Below are positions 27,253-41,345 of a stretch of DNA of 64,000 bases, one piece after another. The position numbers and the translations under genes were made by a program. Origin of the DNA: Octopus sinensis (lineage: Eukaryota); NCBI RefSeq assembly GCF_006345805.1, contig NC_042997.1, positions 148,490,001 through 148,554,000 on the forward strand, read 5' to 3'. Under the pieces are notes generated by a model. The model was not told the DNA's origin. It did not search any database and worked only from the letters and a program-made list of their open reading frames with translations. Position 1 is the stretch's first letter, and every line of letters starts with the position of its first letter.

Positions 27253-28770
27253 TACATCCACTGACTTGATGCCTGCGAAAGAGAAATTTTGTAAGATGTA
27301 ATGCTCTACATGAGTAAAGAAAAAATTGTATATATACTAAGTTAATACGATTATCGAAATGATTGTCAATATGTACTCCATCTATTCGATAATCACCGAC
27401 TTAAAATGTTAAATAAGAATTTTACTTCTACACCAAATCCCCTGAATACTAACAAGGCATTCTTCTGCAATAAGGATTTTATCGAATATTTACCCTGCTT
27501 TTATTTACCCTGCGCGATTAAGCAAAAGCAAGGTGCTATAATGTCTCGTATTTGTCTCTTTGTCTTTGTATTTATAAAGATACTGGAATATGGCTGAACA
27601 GATTTTTATCAAACTTGGCAGCAATACTCACTTGGTAAGTGGCTCAAAATGATGGAACTTTGGTTTGGTTAACTTCAAAATTGGTTGACTGATGAAACGA
27701 AAAGATTTGACTGTGCAGACTTTTTCCAAAAGAATTTGTGAACGCAGTGTATGCATCATTTTGGCATGTTCTCCAGCACAAGTAGCTATTACTAGCACAT
27801 AAAGACATGTATTTTATGAAATAAATACTATATTTATTTCTCATCAGATGGAATACTTTTTTGTTGATCTTACCGTCACGAAACAGTACGCTATATATAT
27901 ATATGAATGTATGTATGTATATCATTTGATTCGACCCTTGTCAGCGTGTGTATAAATCATGGTATACCTATGCACGTAGACACGTGTGGGGGCATACATA
28001 CATGCATACATAAATACATACATACATTTACATATGGTATTTCAATTGCAACTAAGGTAAACATGAATTGACCGTTTTCTTCTTTCTAATAACCTACGCT
28101 TAAAATAACAAGTCTTCTTATGTCCGATTGCGTTGAATTTATTATTCCATTTCCAAGTTATTTCATACTTGAAATAGCGGTACTTACTTCTTGATATTTT
28201 TGAAATGAAATAAGTACGTGCATTTCCTATAAATTTCAGTCCTATGGACCTCACCTCATCTGTATATGGAAGATAAAAGTTATAAAATGTAAGGGAGTAA
28301 TATGAATTAAAAGTGAAGTGGTGTATGCAATGCAGACGGAAGATGTAAGAGACAATATAAGATAAATATTAATGAGTCGATTTAAAATGTGATGACATTT
28401 TATGTGACTGTGTAAGTTAAATACTATGTTATTGATAAAAAATATTCTGTGAAGCAGAACGTTAATATTGAATGTAATGCGTTGAGTGTTATTGCATTAA
28501 CAATATCACCTCCATCGTCTGATTCAGACTGAGGCAAATTCCAGTTTATTGATACATATAATTGTAAAATTTAAATTATTTTGTTTTCTTGTTTTGAATA
28601 CTGAGCTATTGGGATTGTCATAGGTAATTAGTAATTACGACACATGAATTATGCTGGATAATAATATAAAATTGATTTTGAATGTTTTAACCTTTCGCTC
28701 ACATTTTCAAAATAAGTTAAATCCTTAACAACGTGCTTCAGAACTTGTTCTTCACGTATATTCAAATTGA

Positions 28771-29290
28771 ATTAGAAATGGTAATACGCCACCACACACA
28801 CATAAATGGCAGAGTAAATTTATCAGTCTTTCATGCTATATAAATACAAAGTAAAAATGTTTTACATTTACCTAATCGCATAGCATTCTATTTTAGTCGT
28901 TTCCTTTTGTATTCGTTTGGTTGTGAAACTACTAACGTATGATAAATAAATAAATAATAACATATTTTGTATATTTTAAGCAAAGCTGAATATGTGCTTC
29001 TCTTGGAAATGAGTATACAAGGATGTGTGTAATATTAGAAATGGTAATAGCCCACACACACACATAAATGGCAGAGTAATTTATCAGTCTTTCATGCTAT
29101 ATAAATACAAAGTAAAAATGTTTTTACATTTACCTAATCGCATAGCATTCTATTTTAGTCGTTTCCTTTTGTATTCGTTTGGTTGTGAAACTACTAACGT
29201 ATGATAAATAAATAAATAATAACATATTTTGTATATTTTAAGCAAAGCTGAATATGTGCTTCTCTTGGAAATGAGTATACAAGGATGTGT
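28771..29290. repeat. Tandem duplication of ~260 bp
   Basis: 28771-29033 and 29034-29290 are nearly identical, differing mainly by small indels. Confidence 0.95.
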
Positions 29291-30145
29291 GGTATTGCTA
29301 AATATTAAATCACATAGGAAGAAAATGAGTGAAAATAAATAGACTCTCAGAAAGGAAAACAAAAATCATTCAATCTGGATAACTCGTTAAGAATTAACTG
29401 TTCAAACAACAGAATCACTGATGTAAAGAAAAACTGCTTTCAAAATATTCTTCGTTGTTCACTTGCATTCCACAAGTTTGTAAACAAATTTTCTAACTGT
29501 GAGAAAGATCTACATATATTTTTTTCTTATTTATGGCCATGAATTGTGCCGACAACAATCTAATAATTCAAACACATCGTTTGGATAGCAAAAACGAGTT
29601 TCTCTCGTTAATATTAGTTGTAATGACATTATATTACAAAATGAACATGAATACATTATTGTTTCTCTGTAGGCTTTTTTTTTCCATGATATCTATAGAT
29701 TCTAATTTCGTCTAGAATTAGAAAAGCCCCCCAAATTCCATACACATTGATAATTAATAAATGGAGAGTATGATCTTTCTTTTTTCACAGGAATGAAATT
29801 GCGGTCCATTTTATATGTAGGACCTTAAGGGGAAAAAATGGAATCCTTGTTGATAGAGATAAGACTGAGATTTGCTCATCAGTTGTTTCACCTTAACCAG
29901 TTGAGACTGTCGCTTCGAGGCTGACGATACGTGCATCTCTGATCACGAGCAGAAGTAGTGGGAAAGCATCATAGCAATGTGTTGAGAAGAATTCTTCGGT
30001 TTTTGAATAATTCACCTCTGGAAACATGGGTGTTTCATTCATCCTTAAACAAACCTTATTTAGGGACCTGGACCTGAAGGAAATTCTAACTGGGTCCCAC
30101 CTGGATGGACATGCGCTTTGTCATTCAATAATAATAATATTAATA

Positions 30146-30213
<68 letters not shown>

Positions 30214-30287
30214 AATAATAATAATAATAATGATAATAATAATGATAACGCATATGTATATATATATATGTGTGTGTGTGTTTAATT

Positions 30288-30597
30288 GAAGGTGCATGGC
30301 TCAGTGGTTAGAGAGTTGGACTCAAAATCACGAGGAAGTGAGTTCGATGCCCGGGCCGAGCTGTGTTCTGTGTTCTTGAGCAAGACATTTTATTTCACGT
30401 TGCTCCAGTTCTCTCAGCGGTAGAAATGAGTTGCAATGTCATTGGTGTTAAGCTATATCGGCCTTTGTCTTTCCCCTGCTGTTATGCATAGACGACTGCT
30501 GGTCTTCCACAAACAACCTTGCCCGGACTTGTACCTCTAAGCGTAACTTTCTAGTTGCAATCTCATGGTCTTTCATGAATGAAAAGGGTTTTCCCTT
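30288..30597 (+). mobile_element. SINE, family D head with a distinct tail
   Basis: TGGCTCAGTGGTTAGAG..GAGTTCGATGCCC; shares its core with 14110 and 34371. Confidence 0.85.
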
Positions 30598-30970
30598 TAT
30601 ATGTGTGTGTGTGTGTGTATCTAGAAATATGTACATAAATATACTTATATGTATTCAAACATATTATCTTTATGTTCAACCTTAACTATATTTGCAATAA
30701 CTCTAAAAAATGGAAACGCATTGTTAGCGTTGCATGAATAAGCGAAAAAAGATGTCTTGCAACGTCAGTTTTGAGTTTCTTATAGAGAATGAATTTCAAT
30801 TATATCCGTATTCACACATTCACACAATATGACTGCAAGGAAGCTATCCTCGAAATATGTAACCTTTCATCACACTTGAGCATAAGCCATATTTCTACAT
30901 GTCACTCGTTCACTGCATTTCCTCACATACACATAGACACTGAAATGTTCTATATAAATATGGGAGAGTA

Positions 30971-31087
<117 letters not shown>

Positions 31088-31201
31088 GACTATCTATCTA
31101 TCTATCATCTATCCATCTATCTATCTATCTATCTATCTACCATCTATCTATTTATCTATCTATCATCTATCTATTTATATCTATCTATCTATCTATCTAT
31201 C

Positions 31202-31238
<37 letters not shown>

Positions 31239-31260
31239 TAAATACAAAAAAAGGAGGGTG

Positions 31261-31293
<33 letters not shown>

Positions 31294-31715
31294 AGAGAGA
31301 GAGAGAAAGAGAGAAGGAGAGAGATACACGGGTGTTTTGTGTGTGTGTATATATGTGTGTATATACATGCTCTCGTGTGGCAGATAAGTATATTATATAT
31401 CTATAAGCGCTGACACATTTCGGAGTGCAGGCATTGATACTTTTGCACACGTATATTTATATGTTAACTCAAGGGAAGAGTACAGGAAAATGTTCTCGAA
31501 TGATTTTGATAGTCCTTAATCCTGTTCTTATTGACCCCGTTTTTTTTTTAGGCTTGAGAAACTCATCTTCTAGCAATTGGTACTGAGACAGTATGTCTTT
31601 CATAAAAGGATTACAGAAAAATTATATCTATATATCTATATATCTTTATGCATGCATGCATGTATGTATGTGTGTATGCATGTATGTATGTATGTATGTC
31701 TCTCTCACTATGTAT

Positions 31716-31768
<53 letters not shown>

Positions 31769-31799
31769 TGGAAGATTATTTGAAACGTAAAATTTTAAA

Positions 31800-33320
31800 A
31801 GTATTCCATTAGAGTCAATGGACACTTGAAGAAACTGAAATGCATCATATCAGAACTTACAAATAAAAGCATAGTTTTTTTTCCCACTCGGATAAGCCTG
31901 GAAAATTGTATAATCTTGACAGTGAGCCTTTGAATAAAGAAATTACTAAAAGGTGTATGTTAAGAACTACAAACTTAATTTCTTAGCAAATTATGTGAAA
32001 TTACAAATTGGATGATAAAACTGAACCTTTTGTTCCTAAAAAACCGAAAATCATTTTAAAGGATCATAAGGAGATTTTTTATAGTAACGCTAAAGTTAGA
32101 TTGAATTGCCCAGGTAGATCTGACTTAGGTAAACTTAGTAAAGCGGTTTTAGGTAAGTATATTCCTGTTCTTAAAGAAAAAATAAGATTGCAACTCTGAT
32201 CTAATACCTATGAGGTAATTGATTGATTTAACATGATCAAACTTTATAGTAGGTGTAGAAACATACAAATAGATATTGGTAGCTATCTCTCTTCAATTAA
32301 GCAAATTGTCTTAAATAAAGCCCTCAAATTTGCGGAAAATTAATTATATATCAACATTGATGAAATAAGGGTTACTTTAGCCTCTAAAAGAACAATCGTA
32401 GACTTCTAGAATAAGTATTGGACTAATATTAATAGTATAGACGGATTTGATATAGCAAAGGAATCGGCAGATTTCACTCAAGTTACAGATTTGATTGGGA
32501 TTTATGTTCTATCCTAGGACGGGACTTTCCTCACCTGGAAGGAGGCCTCATAGGGATGATTCCTTTTTTACCGTTAGGAACATATCTAATATAAAGATAG
32601 AGCTATGTAAGGAAAACTTCATAGGTGTTTTAATTTATTAGAGAGTTTTGGACATTCTATAACGATTGAAAATGAGAATGAATCGGTGAACTTCCTTGTC
32701 TTTGATCATAATCTTGTGTCGGTCAAAATCAACCATACCATAAACCAAACTCTAGTCTTAGGTATATTAACTTTGAAAGCAACCATCCTGGTTCTGTGAA
32801 ACATTTTTTAGTTAATAATATTTACAAAAGAATTTCAAATTTATTATCTAATAAAGAGGTTTCGATAAAAATGCCGACTAATATAATGTAGCACTTAACA
32901 AAGCTGGATATAAACGGAAATTGATATATAGTCCTAATAATATTGGCACTTCTAACGACCTACTTAGTTCCCATACTAACATGGATTGGAAAATAATAAC
33001 AGGAAATAGGAATAGGAATCAATCGAAAAATATTAAAAACGCGAATATTAAAAATCAATATCAACCGCAAAATATGAGATTTATGGGAAACAATGTACTG
33101 CTTCGTTCGTCTAATCTTTCTAGTACTATCGACAGCAGTATATCTAATAATGGTCATAAATGTGGAGGTTATAAGTTTTCTTCTAATGGGGACAAAACTG
33201 TTTGGTTTGTTATTCCATTCGCTAAGCAGATTAAGAGTAATTCGGTCGGTGCGTTATACAAACTATTTTCCAGACAGTTTACAAAAGAAAATAGATACTG
33301 TGATATTATTAACACTCGGA
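31800..33320 (+). mobile_element. Penelope-like element reverse transcriptase pseudogene
   Basis: LKDHKEIF..VRLNCPGRSDLGKLSK, SNTYEVID*F, KALKFA, FDIAKES..DLIGIYVL, VNFL, PYHKPN..YINFESNHP, ALNKAGY and VWFVIPF are PLE RT/thumb motifs, with stops. Confidence 0.9.
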
Positions 33321-33452
33321 AGGCGGTAAGCTGGTACAAAAGTTAGCACGCCGGGCGAAATACCTAGCGGTATTTCGTCTGTCTTTACGTTCTGAATTCA
33401 AATTCAGCAAGGGTCTACTTTGCGTTTCATCCTTTGTGTTTTCATCCTTTTA
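33320..33452 (+). mobile_element. 5' part of SINE family C
   Basis: GGCGGTAAGCTGG..GTTAGCACGCCGGGCGAAAT. Confidence 0.8.
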
Positions 33453-34370
33453 TGTCATAATGTTTTTTAATATCGTCTTTTTAATGTAATAATCATTCGC
33501 GACCCCACTGTGTATTTGTATTATCCCCCTCTATGGTTGGCTCTCTGTGGGAAATAAAGAAATCATTCTGTATCTACTAATTTATACCAGATTATATCTA
33601 AAAGTAACGAGAGGAAATTGTATTATTTTTATAATAATTTTTATAATAATTGTAACGGTAGTAAATGCCATTATGTTTGTATCGATAGAATAAACATAAG
33701 AAAGGAGAGTGAACGTTAGGCATCTAATGTGAAAGGGAAAGCTCTACAAACAGTAAAACCTTATTTCTAAGGATGAGAAACAGAATAATAATGTGGAAGA
33801 TACAGATAATGCATTTTGTGACTACAGGGTTAAAACTAGATGTTTATTCAAGAATTATTGTAAACAAAAGAATGTTGTTTACAGATGATGTGTACATTCT
33901 GAAGTTAGAAATTACGTTTACATTGGTGCTACACAAGCTTTTATTAAGGTATTTGTAACCATATTTACACCTTTAAAAATAAAAATAGGTCTGCTTCCAC
34001 TAGCCTTACTAAATTTATTTGGGATTTAAAAGATACCAAAAAAAGCTTTTCGGTAGAGTGGGAAACTCTAAGCAGGGTCAATGCTTATAAACATGGAAAG
34101 TCTTTTTTTTTCTTTGTTTAGAAGAACTGTATTTGATTTTGTTTTGTAGAAGACGCCTATTATATAATCATATGGAAATGAGATTTTCTTTTGCTATGTA
34201 TCAAAATGGACATTTAGGAACTATTATTAGGTTTGTAGTAATTCTTGATAATTGATAATATTAAAGATATCTACATTTAAATATAAATGTTAATATAAAT
34301 ATATACATATACATATGTATACACACACACACATATATTATATATATATATATATGATTGTGTGTGTGTG

Positions 34371-34676
34371 AAGGGCTCTTGGCTCACGGTTGTAAGGTCG
34401 TGAGTTTAATTCCTGGCGACGCGTTGTATACTTGAACAAGACACTTTATTTCACGTTGCTCCAGTCCACGCGTGCTGCCAAAAATGAGTAGTAGTACCTG
34501 TATTTTAAAGGGCAGGCCTTATCACACTCTGTGTCACGCTGTTTCTCCCTGAGAACTACGTTAGGGGTACACGTGTTTGTGCAGTGCTCAGCCACTTGCA
34601 CGTTAATTTCAGTGAGCAAGCTGCTCTGTTGATCGTATCAGCTGGGAACCCTCGTCGTCGTAACCGGCGGAGTTCT
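34371..34676 (+). mobile_element. SINE, family D head with the same tail as 49128-49295
   Basis: Direct sequence comparison. Confidence 0.85.
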
Positions 34677-34692
34677 CCTTGATATATATTAT

Positions 34693-34750
<58 letters not shown>

Positions 34751-34899
34751 TCTTTATATATGTATAGGGAGAAAGAGAGAGAGAGAGAGAAATAGATTGA
34801 TAGATTTCCTGAGGGGCAAATATGTAGGTTTTGTTTGTGTTTACTTGATACGTATAGACTGTGCATTTGAGTTAACATTGATTGACGTAGCAATTTTGG

Positions 34900-35439
34900 A
34901 TGGAGCTAGGCGGTGTTTGATAAGATATATTTTGTTAATCTGTAGTATCATTGACATGCCTATATATGCTTGACTAACAGACTTGTCTAGCTGCTCCCTC
35001 CTTAACAATTAATCTACGACGTTTTCACCTATTGACTAGTTTTTTTACTACCATGCTTTTTCCCCCCGATCATGTTGATATGTTAACTATCATAACACCA
35101 TCAACGAACTATTGTGTATCATATTTACAAAAGCAAGGATATGTTGAACGTGTTATTTTGTATATACCTGGCAATGACGATCTCTACGGAACGCTTGCGT
35201 TAAGAAAAAAAACAAACACTCCTGAGTTTGTTGTAGGTAGGTTAGATTACACGTTGTTAAATAAATTCCCCATGAGGATATACTCAATTCACTGGTTCCG
35301 AATATGAAATTTTATTTCTGAAATTAAAGAACTGTGTATGGAAACAGATGTAGCTAGGAATTTCTGTGTATGTATTTCAATGTCTTTAAACAAAAACAAC
35401 TGTACATAAATTATTCATTTTCTTCATTTTCTTCATTTT

Positions 35440-35482
<43 letters not shown>

Positions 35483-36070
35483 GTGATAACCGTGACCGAC
35501 CAGGCTATCAAATGTTGCTACACATCGCTTGTCACAATGCGCTTCGCATTGTTTTAGCCTTCAAAAGACGCCACTCCGCTGGTTAAGCGAGCAGGCCAAC
35601 AGAAAAAAGAGTGAGAGATAATTGTGGCGAAAGAGACACGTGGAGCTTTTAGGTGTTTTCTCTCAATAAGCACTCACAACGTCCAGTCTGAGAATGGGAA
35701 CCGCGATCCTAGGACCGCGGGTCCGCTTCCCTAACCACTGGGCCATTGCACCTCCACACACACACCTCCACACACACACACATGTAGATATTGACGCTTC
35801 TTTTTATGCTTGGTTTCAGTAAATACATTTTTGCATTAATATGATGGCTTACTCGCTACTTTTGCAGAATACAAATTCATTACCCTTATACAAGAATGTT
35901 GTTGAGATTGACTTCAAAGTTTTGGCCCGCCAAGCCATCGACGCAGTATAACGTCATTATGATATTACAAAGATTTTAACCTTCGACATCACTTCGACAA
36001 CTTTCTTTTATACGAATCATGCCCTCACACACAGATATAGTTAGATGTACCGACAGACATATAGATAAAC

Positions 36071-36120
<50 letters not shown>

Positions 36121-38300
36121 GCAAATGTACTTGCGTAAGAGTTTGCATGTTTGCTTTTACTTCAGATTTTATGTAGATATTGCTAAGGACTTCCAGAATC
36201 TGTGCCTAAACCGGTTGATTTCTTTTTAGTGCACTATTATAATTCTAGCACATGCAGCAATTTCTTTAAACGTACAGATTTATTCCCTCTCCTAACAAAT
36301 AATTAATGTTATTCTTTCCTCTTCACACAATCAATTGTCAACAGCTGTTTGTGTTAGCATGGGCAGTATTTCGCTGCTTTGTTGGGATTTCAGCTCCATT
36401 TAACTTGACATTTACGATTTATTCAATGCAAAATAACTTGCTGTCCGTATTTGCATCATGAGAATGAATACACAGGGATAGGATTCCTTTCACAAATTTA
36501 ATTATAAAGCACGTCATTTCTCGAAATATAACGGCATTATAATATTTTAATGATTTTAACCTTTTGCATATATTTCCAACATAGAGACGCTTTCCGTAAT
36601 GAAGATATTTTACCCACCGTATATATTTTAAATTGTCTTACGAAAATATCTATTTTTATTTGTAAAAAAATGTGATGCAAACAAAGATCATTCTTCCTAA
36701 ATATACAAATATTCTGTATTAGTCTGGAATCCGAAAAAGTGTAAATATTTTCGACAGCAGATTATACATAATTTAATTCTATAGTAGATTGATGGTGCGA
36801 GGTTTCAGTCGGTATTTGATTCATGTTGTTACGCATGGAGATGCTAGTTGGCTTTGGTGATGTGCTGACATCCATTAATAGTAAGGATCTTAAATTGGGG
36901 CAATTTACTAAAGTGCAGATATAGTACAACATATGACCGTTCGAGTAGACAATGGAAGTTACTATAGTCACTTTTCATTACGTGTTACGCGATATTTATG
37001 ACCAGAGAGACGACGACAGAATTAAGAAAACTAAGTATGTAAATAATAAATAACTGAAAGAAGTTGAACGTGCTTAACACAGTAATAGTAGGAATTGGTG
37101 GAGGGCGTGGCTTAGTGGCTAGTGTGTTGCTATGATCGCAAGATTGTGGTTTCGATTCCTGGAACGGGGAAATACATCATTTGTCCTCAGGTAAGTATTT
37201 ATGAGGTAAGCGGAGTCTAATGTGAGGCTGTGGAATGTGATTATGTGGAAATAATTAAGAAATAGTGCAGAATGGGACAAAGGCTGACAGAAGATATGAG
37301 TAACAAAAAGAATCGAGATAGAGAATTTTTCGGGATGAGAAGAAAAGTAGAAATATTGATGGCATTAATATATAGGAAAATGTGACACAGGCTTCCGACT
37401 GTGAAGAGTAATCCTGTGTTCGAAAAATCAGTCCCGCTGAGTTTATTTACATAGATGTTGTAGACATTATCCCAGTAGTCTGTCAGCACCTGAATTTTCC
37501 TCTGAGAATTTCGCATTTGTATCTCATTGCTTCTCCCATGCATCAGTGACAATGGTACACGTCAGCCTCGTATAGTGTTGAGTTTGCTTGCATCCAATAT
37601 TGGAGTACAGAGTGCACATAGTGTTGTTTGAGTCACCAGAGATGGAATAAATAGAGTGGCTGTATATATCGAGCAGGGTTTTGGAAGAAGTGTAGATTCT
37701 AATTGTACCGCGTTTCGAATTTTGTAGCTGCGAGAGCCACTGAAATCTTGCGATTATTTCCTTATGTAAATATATTGCCAAAGTGTATCATTCATTCAAC
37801 AAGCCTAAGCTCTATTTAGCTAATGATATATTGCATATTTCATAATTATATATAGCTTAATAGTTTAATTATGTTATAGAGTTCTTTGGCAAACGTTTAT
37901 GATAGCAAGCTTTATACATAGTAGTTAAGGTTATTTCTTTTTCATCGTGAAATGAAGGAAATCCTAATCACGATTTATCAACACTAAATAATTGGTTCAA
38001 CTTACTTTTTTGTTTGTTAATAATTCATAAAATTGTGAAGGGTCGTGTTATTCATAATAATTATTATATTTGTTTAGACGCCATGCAATATTTAATTAAA
38101 ATTTGGAAGAAAGAGAAATATTCACAATTCCCACTCAAGTATACGACATTTCAAAGAGGAGAATATAATTCCCGTTGTCAAATATCGTTAGAAAGCTTTC
38201 ATAGTTAACAGCCACGGGGAGACGCATCTATATCATCAATTTCCTTTGATATATGCATTACAAACGAAAGGGATGCAAGTATTGCAACATATTGTTCGTT
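34900..38300 (-). mobile_element. Decayed BEL/Pao pol (RT, RNase H, integrase)
   Basis: YRCVSPW (about 38212-38232, cf. YxVxLPW); LLDIYSHSIYSISGD (ORF 37524-37781); NIYVNKLSG (ORF 37241-37552, cf. YVDDxLSG); TDSK/VILH*I (36420-36450); PTKQRNTAH (cf. PTxxNPAD); GMIRIK; SGGKSMV (about 35050). Confidence 0.6.
35480..35755 (-). mobile_element. SINE, family A head
   Basis: Reverse complement of GGAGGxGCAATGGCCCAGTGGTTAGGG; homologous to 48926 and 58748. Confidence 0.88.
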
Positions 38301-38656
38301 ATGAATATGTTACAGGCAACAATATAATGTACAAACGGTCGATATTTCAAGAAACAAGTGAATATATATTAGTTGAATACTTCAGTCATATGTAATGTAT
38401 CCCATGCTTCATGACATAAAAAAGAGGAAGACCGATTCGACTGTGAATTTCATGATATTGATAAAGCTTTTTACTTAAGCATTTTTTTCACATATATAAA
38501 TGAGGAGCTGGAGCGAGGGAGAAATAGAAGGAATGAGAGAGTGAACAAGAGAGGAGATAGCCAGCCGATGCATTATGCTGTTAATGGAAGTGAGGGATGA
38601 AGAGAAAGAGAGAGAGATAAAGTGCTTAGTAAGGTGGCGACCTCGCAGAATCGTGT

Positions 38657-38706
<50 letters not shown>

Positions 38707-40834
38707 CAACACGGAATTTTGTCGCAGTCTCAAAGCGACGAAAATATTTTTCTCAAATTAAATTTAAAAGTCGAAGTGAATCTAACGGTTTTTGTGTGTT
38801 TCTTAAATGGCTTATAAACACCTTCGACGCTGTAATTGTTTTCGTTCCAGCACACGATCTCAGATCAGGTCACTTGCTATGCAAGTACATGTTCGTAAAA
38901 GTATCGCTACAGTACTGTATTCTTCATGAATACGTAAAGAAAATACATATGATTTTGCAATTGTCTCGAATAAGTATCTCCTATTAAGAAAAAAAAACAC
39001 AAAGCACATTCCAAACCTTTAATATCGAGAAAACATGTATAATAACTAGCTTTAAAATTGAGTATGAAATAAATTCTTTGTCGATTATGGAGACATGTTT
39101 ACGTGTTCACACGCATGTATTTATACACACACACATTCACACACTCGCACACACATATGCGCATATACATACTTATACTTATACGTATACAGATATACAT
39201 ACATGTAGTGGAAACTCGCATAGCGATGGATTAAATCATTTATAAATTCCATTCAATAATTATTATTATTATTATTACTATATTTATCCTGCACTGTATC
39301 GGCACAGCTCGGTACAACCCCATAAAAATGTCATTGCATGTTGGTATAATTAGGCTGTAGACGACACGATAAAATAAGAGCTTATTTTTCGATCCCCATT
39401 TACTGCATTTATACTCCTCGCACTTTCCGTTGGGTTGTTGCTCTTAGCGAACTCATAAATGAAAATATGTCGAATATACCATTATAGCCTTGAAAGAATA
39501 ACTGCTAAAATCGAACTACACTCCTGAAATATTCCACCAAGAATAAGGACAAGGTAAAATTACTACCTTCATTGATGGCAAGTTCTGCAATTTATCCTGT
39601 CCCCCTCCGAGTTTAAGTTCACGCAACTGGAAAAACCGCATTATTTTTGGGATGACACAGTACATAATTTACATTACAACAGCAACATAGATTTTGTTAA
39701 GGAATGATACCGTATGTTTCATTATGTGATTAAATATTTCAGATAATACGCAAATTTGTAAATTTATCCAGTGCTACATAGTAGATTTCTAAAGACACTC
39801 TATTGACAAATTTTAAATACAGAAGGGTTTTAATTCGTTATAGTTCCTATTGTCGCTACTTATATGCTATTATGATGCAAATGTGAACGGTTGCTTATCG
39901 TCCTTCTTTGTTCATTACAGAAAATATTACAAGGACCTCTTAGAAACAAACTGCTATTTTGTTTTCAGTTTATGGGGTTAATAATGACGTAAGTATATTG
40001 CCTACAAAATAATGTTTCCTTTCCTCTTATTATTTCTTTCATAAATAACAGGACATGCACGTGCTAGAATTTATGAGAAATATGGTATTCTTCGAATTCA
40101 TATTACTGCAAATAATATGCTTATATCAAAAACAATGGAAGGAATACTGAAATTGCTCATTACAAGTGTAATATATCTGCAAAAGTGTCTTACTATTGAA
40201 AATAATATCGCAATAGAAGTGGGTATAATATATCAGTCTAAGAATATTGTAGAACATCATATAATCGCCTGTTACATGCACTTATAACAACTAATGTATT
40301 GGCAAATTGTGATTCTCGTTTAGTAAATACATAACACATTTTGTCTTCCATAGCACATTTGTCTTCCATAGCACATTTTGTCTTCCATACAAAGTTTTCA
40401 TTGCTAAGGATTGGGAATTTTTATATTTTGAATTAACGATAACAATAAATTATGTTTGAATAGATAAAATCTTACAAAAGTGAACTTTGCTATGAACGTA
40501 ATATTTCACTTGAAGTTGAAGTTCATAAGATGCCCTGCATAAGGCAATCGATAAAGTAGTAATAAATCAGAAATCGTAAGATCAAAGAGTTGGAAGGTCA
40601 GTATTTTTTTAATGTTAAGGCAAGACGTTAGCATGTCCTCCAGATGGATTTCTACTAAAACTTGGCTATCCTATATAAAGAATGTTACTAGGTGTTCGTT
40701 GCAACATAACTTACATCATGTTCATGATAGTTCGTAATGTCAATGGGAGTGTTCATTGGCCATTAACTCTATGAACGAAATCTCAGTTACTGTTTCTTAC
40801 CTTGGATTAATTTGCAAATTACAATCCTGATAAC

Positions 40835-41044
40835 GCGGCGAGCTAGCAGGGTAGCTAGCATGCTGGGCAAAATGCTTGGCAGCATTTCGTCCGTCTTTAC
40901 GTTCTAAGATCAAACATCTCAGAGGTTGACTTTGCCTTTCATCCCTCGGAGTCGATAAAACAAGTCCAAGTTGAGTACTGGGGTCGATGTAATCGACTTA
41001 CCTCCTTCTTCGGAATTGCTGGCCCTGTGCCAGACTTCGAAATC
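40835..41044 (+). mobile_element. SINE family C, near full length
   Basis: GCGGCGAGCT head; CTTTGCCTTTCATCC..GTCGATAAAA..GGGGTCGATGTAATCGACTT body. Confidence 0.88.
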
Positions 41045-41192
41045 AAATTCAAGTCCTGATTACATATAATAATATTTATAACATGCAGTGGTGTAATTAG
41101 TACCTAATGTTTAGAATAGGTAAAGCTCTTTAAGCGTGGCTTACATTTATATATTAGATATATTTTACATGTTTTAAGACGGAAATAGATAT

Positions 41193-41345
41193 TTATTTCT
41201 TTATTGCCCGTAGTGGTGTAAACATAGAGGGGACAAACAAGGGCAGACAAAGGGATTAAATCGATTATATCGACCGTCAGTGCGTAACTGGTATTTATTT
41301 AATCGACCTCGAAAGGATGAAAGGTAAGGTCGACCTCAGAGGAAT
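41193..41345 (-). mobile_element. 5'-truncated family C SINE with a perfect 15-bp TSD
   Basis: GACGGAAATAGATAT at 41178-41192 and 41346-41360. Confidence 0.88.

Larger units (their letters stand above)
23450..28250 (-). mobile_element. Decayed BEL/Pao pol, best-preserved copy (RT, RNase H, integrase, DUF5641), split by SINEs
   Basis: KFNAIG and NSCL (28050-28150); GFGV..FLFN and VHIDN (27360-27445, cf. YVDN); YVPQS (about 25790); HRLLHLG..DICCK..IMAP (24260-24400, integrase Zn finger); STC..AFISAI..QGK (ORF 23997-24182); YMISMQ; GQRLFIDVFEQLPGKEVQFGRV (ORF 23339-23560, cf. GDxVLxxDxxLPxxxWxLGRV). Confidence 0.7.

Noticed and set aside
40335-40389. Three copies of a ~19-bp repeat (CACATTTTGTCTTCCATAG)
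   Set aside because: Contiguous tandem with no spacers: simple slippage, not CRISPR-like.
39300-40500. Possible BEL gag Cys/His knuckles on the minus strand
   Set aside because: Only weak, frame-hopping resemblance; not supportable by eye.
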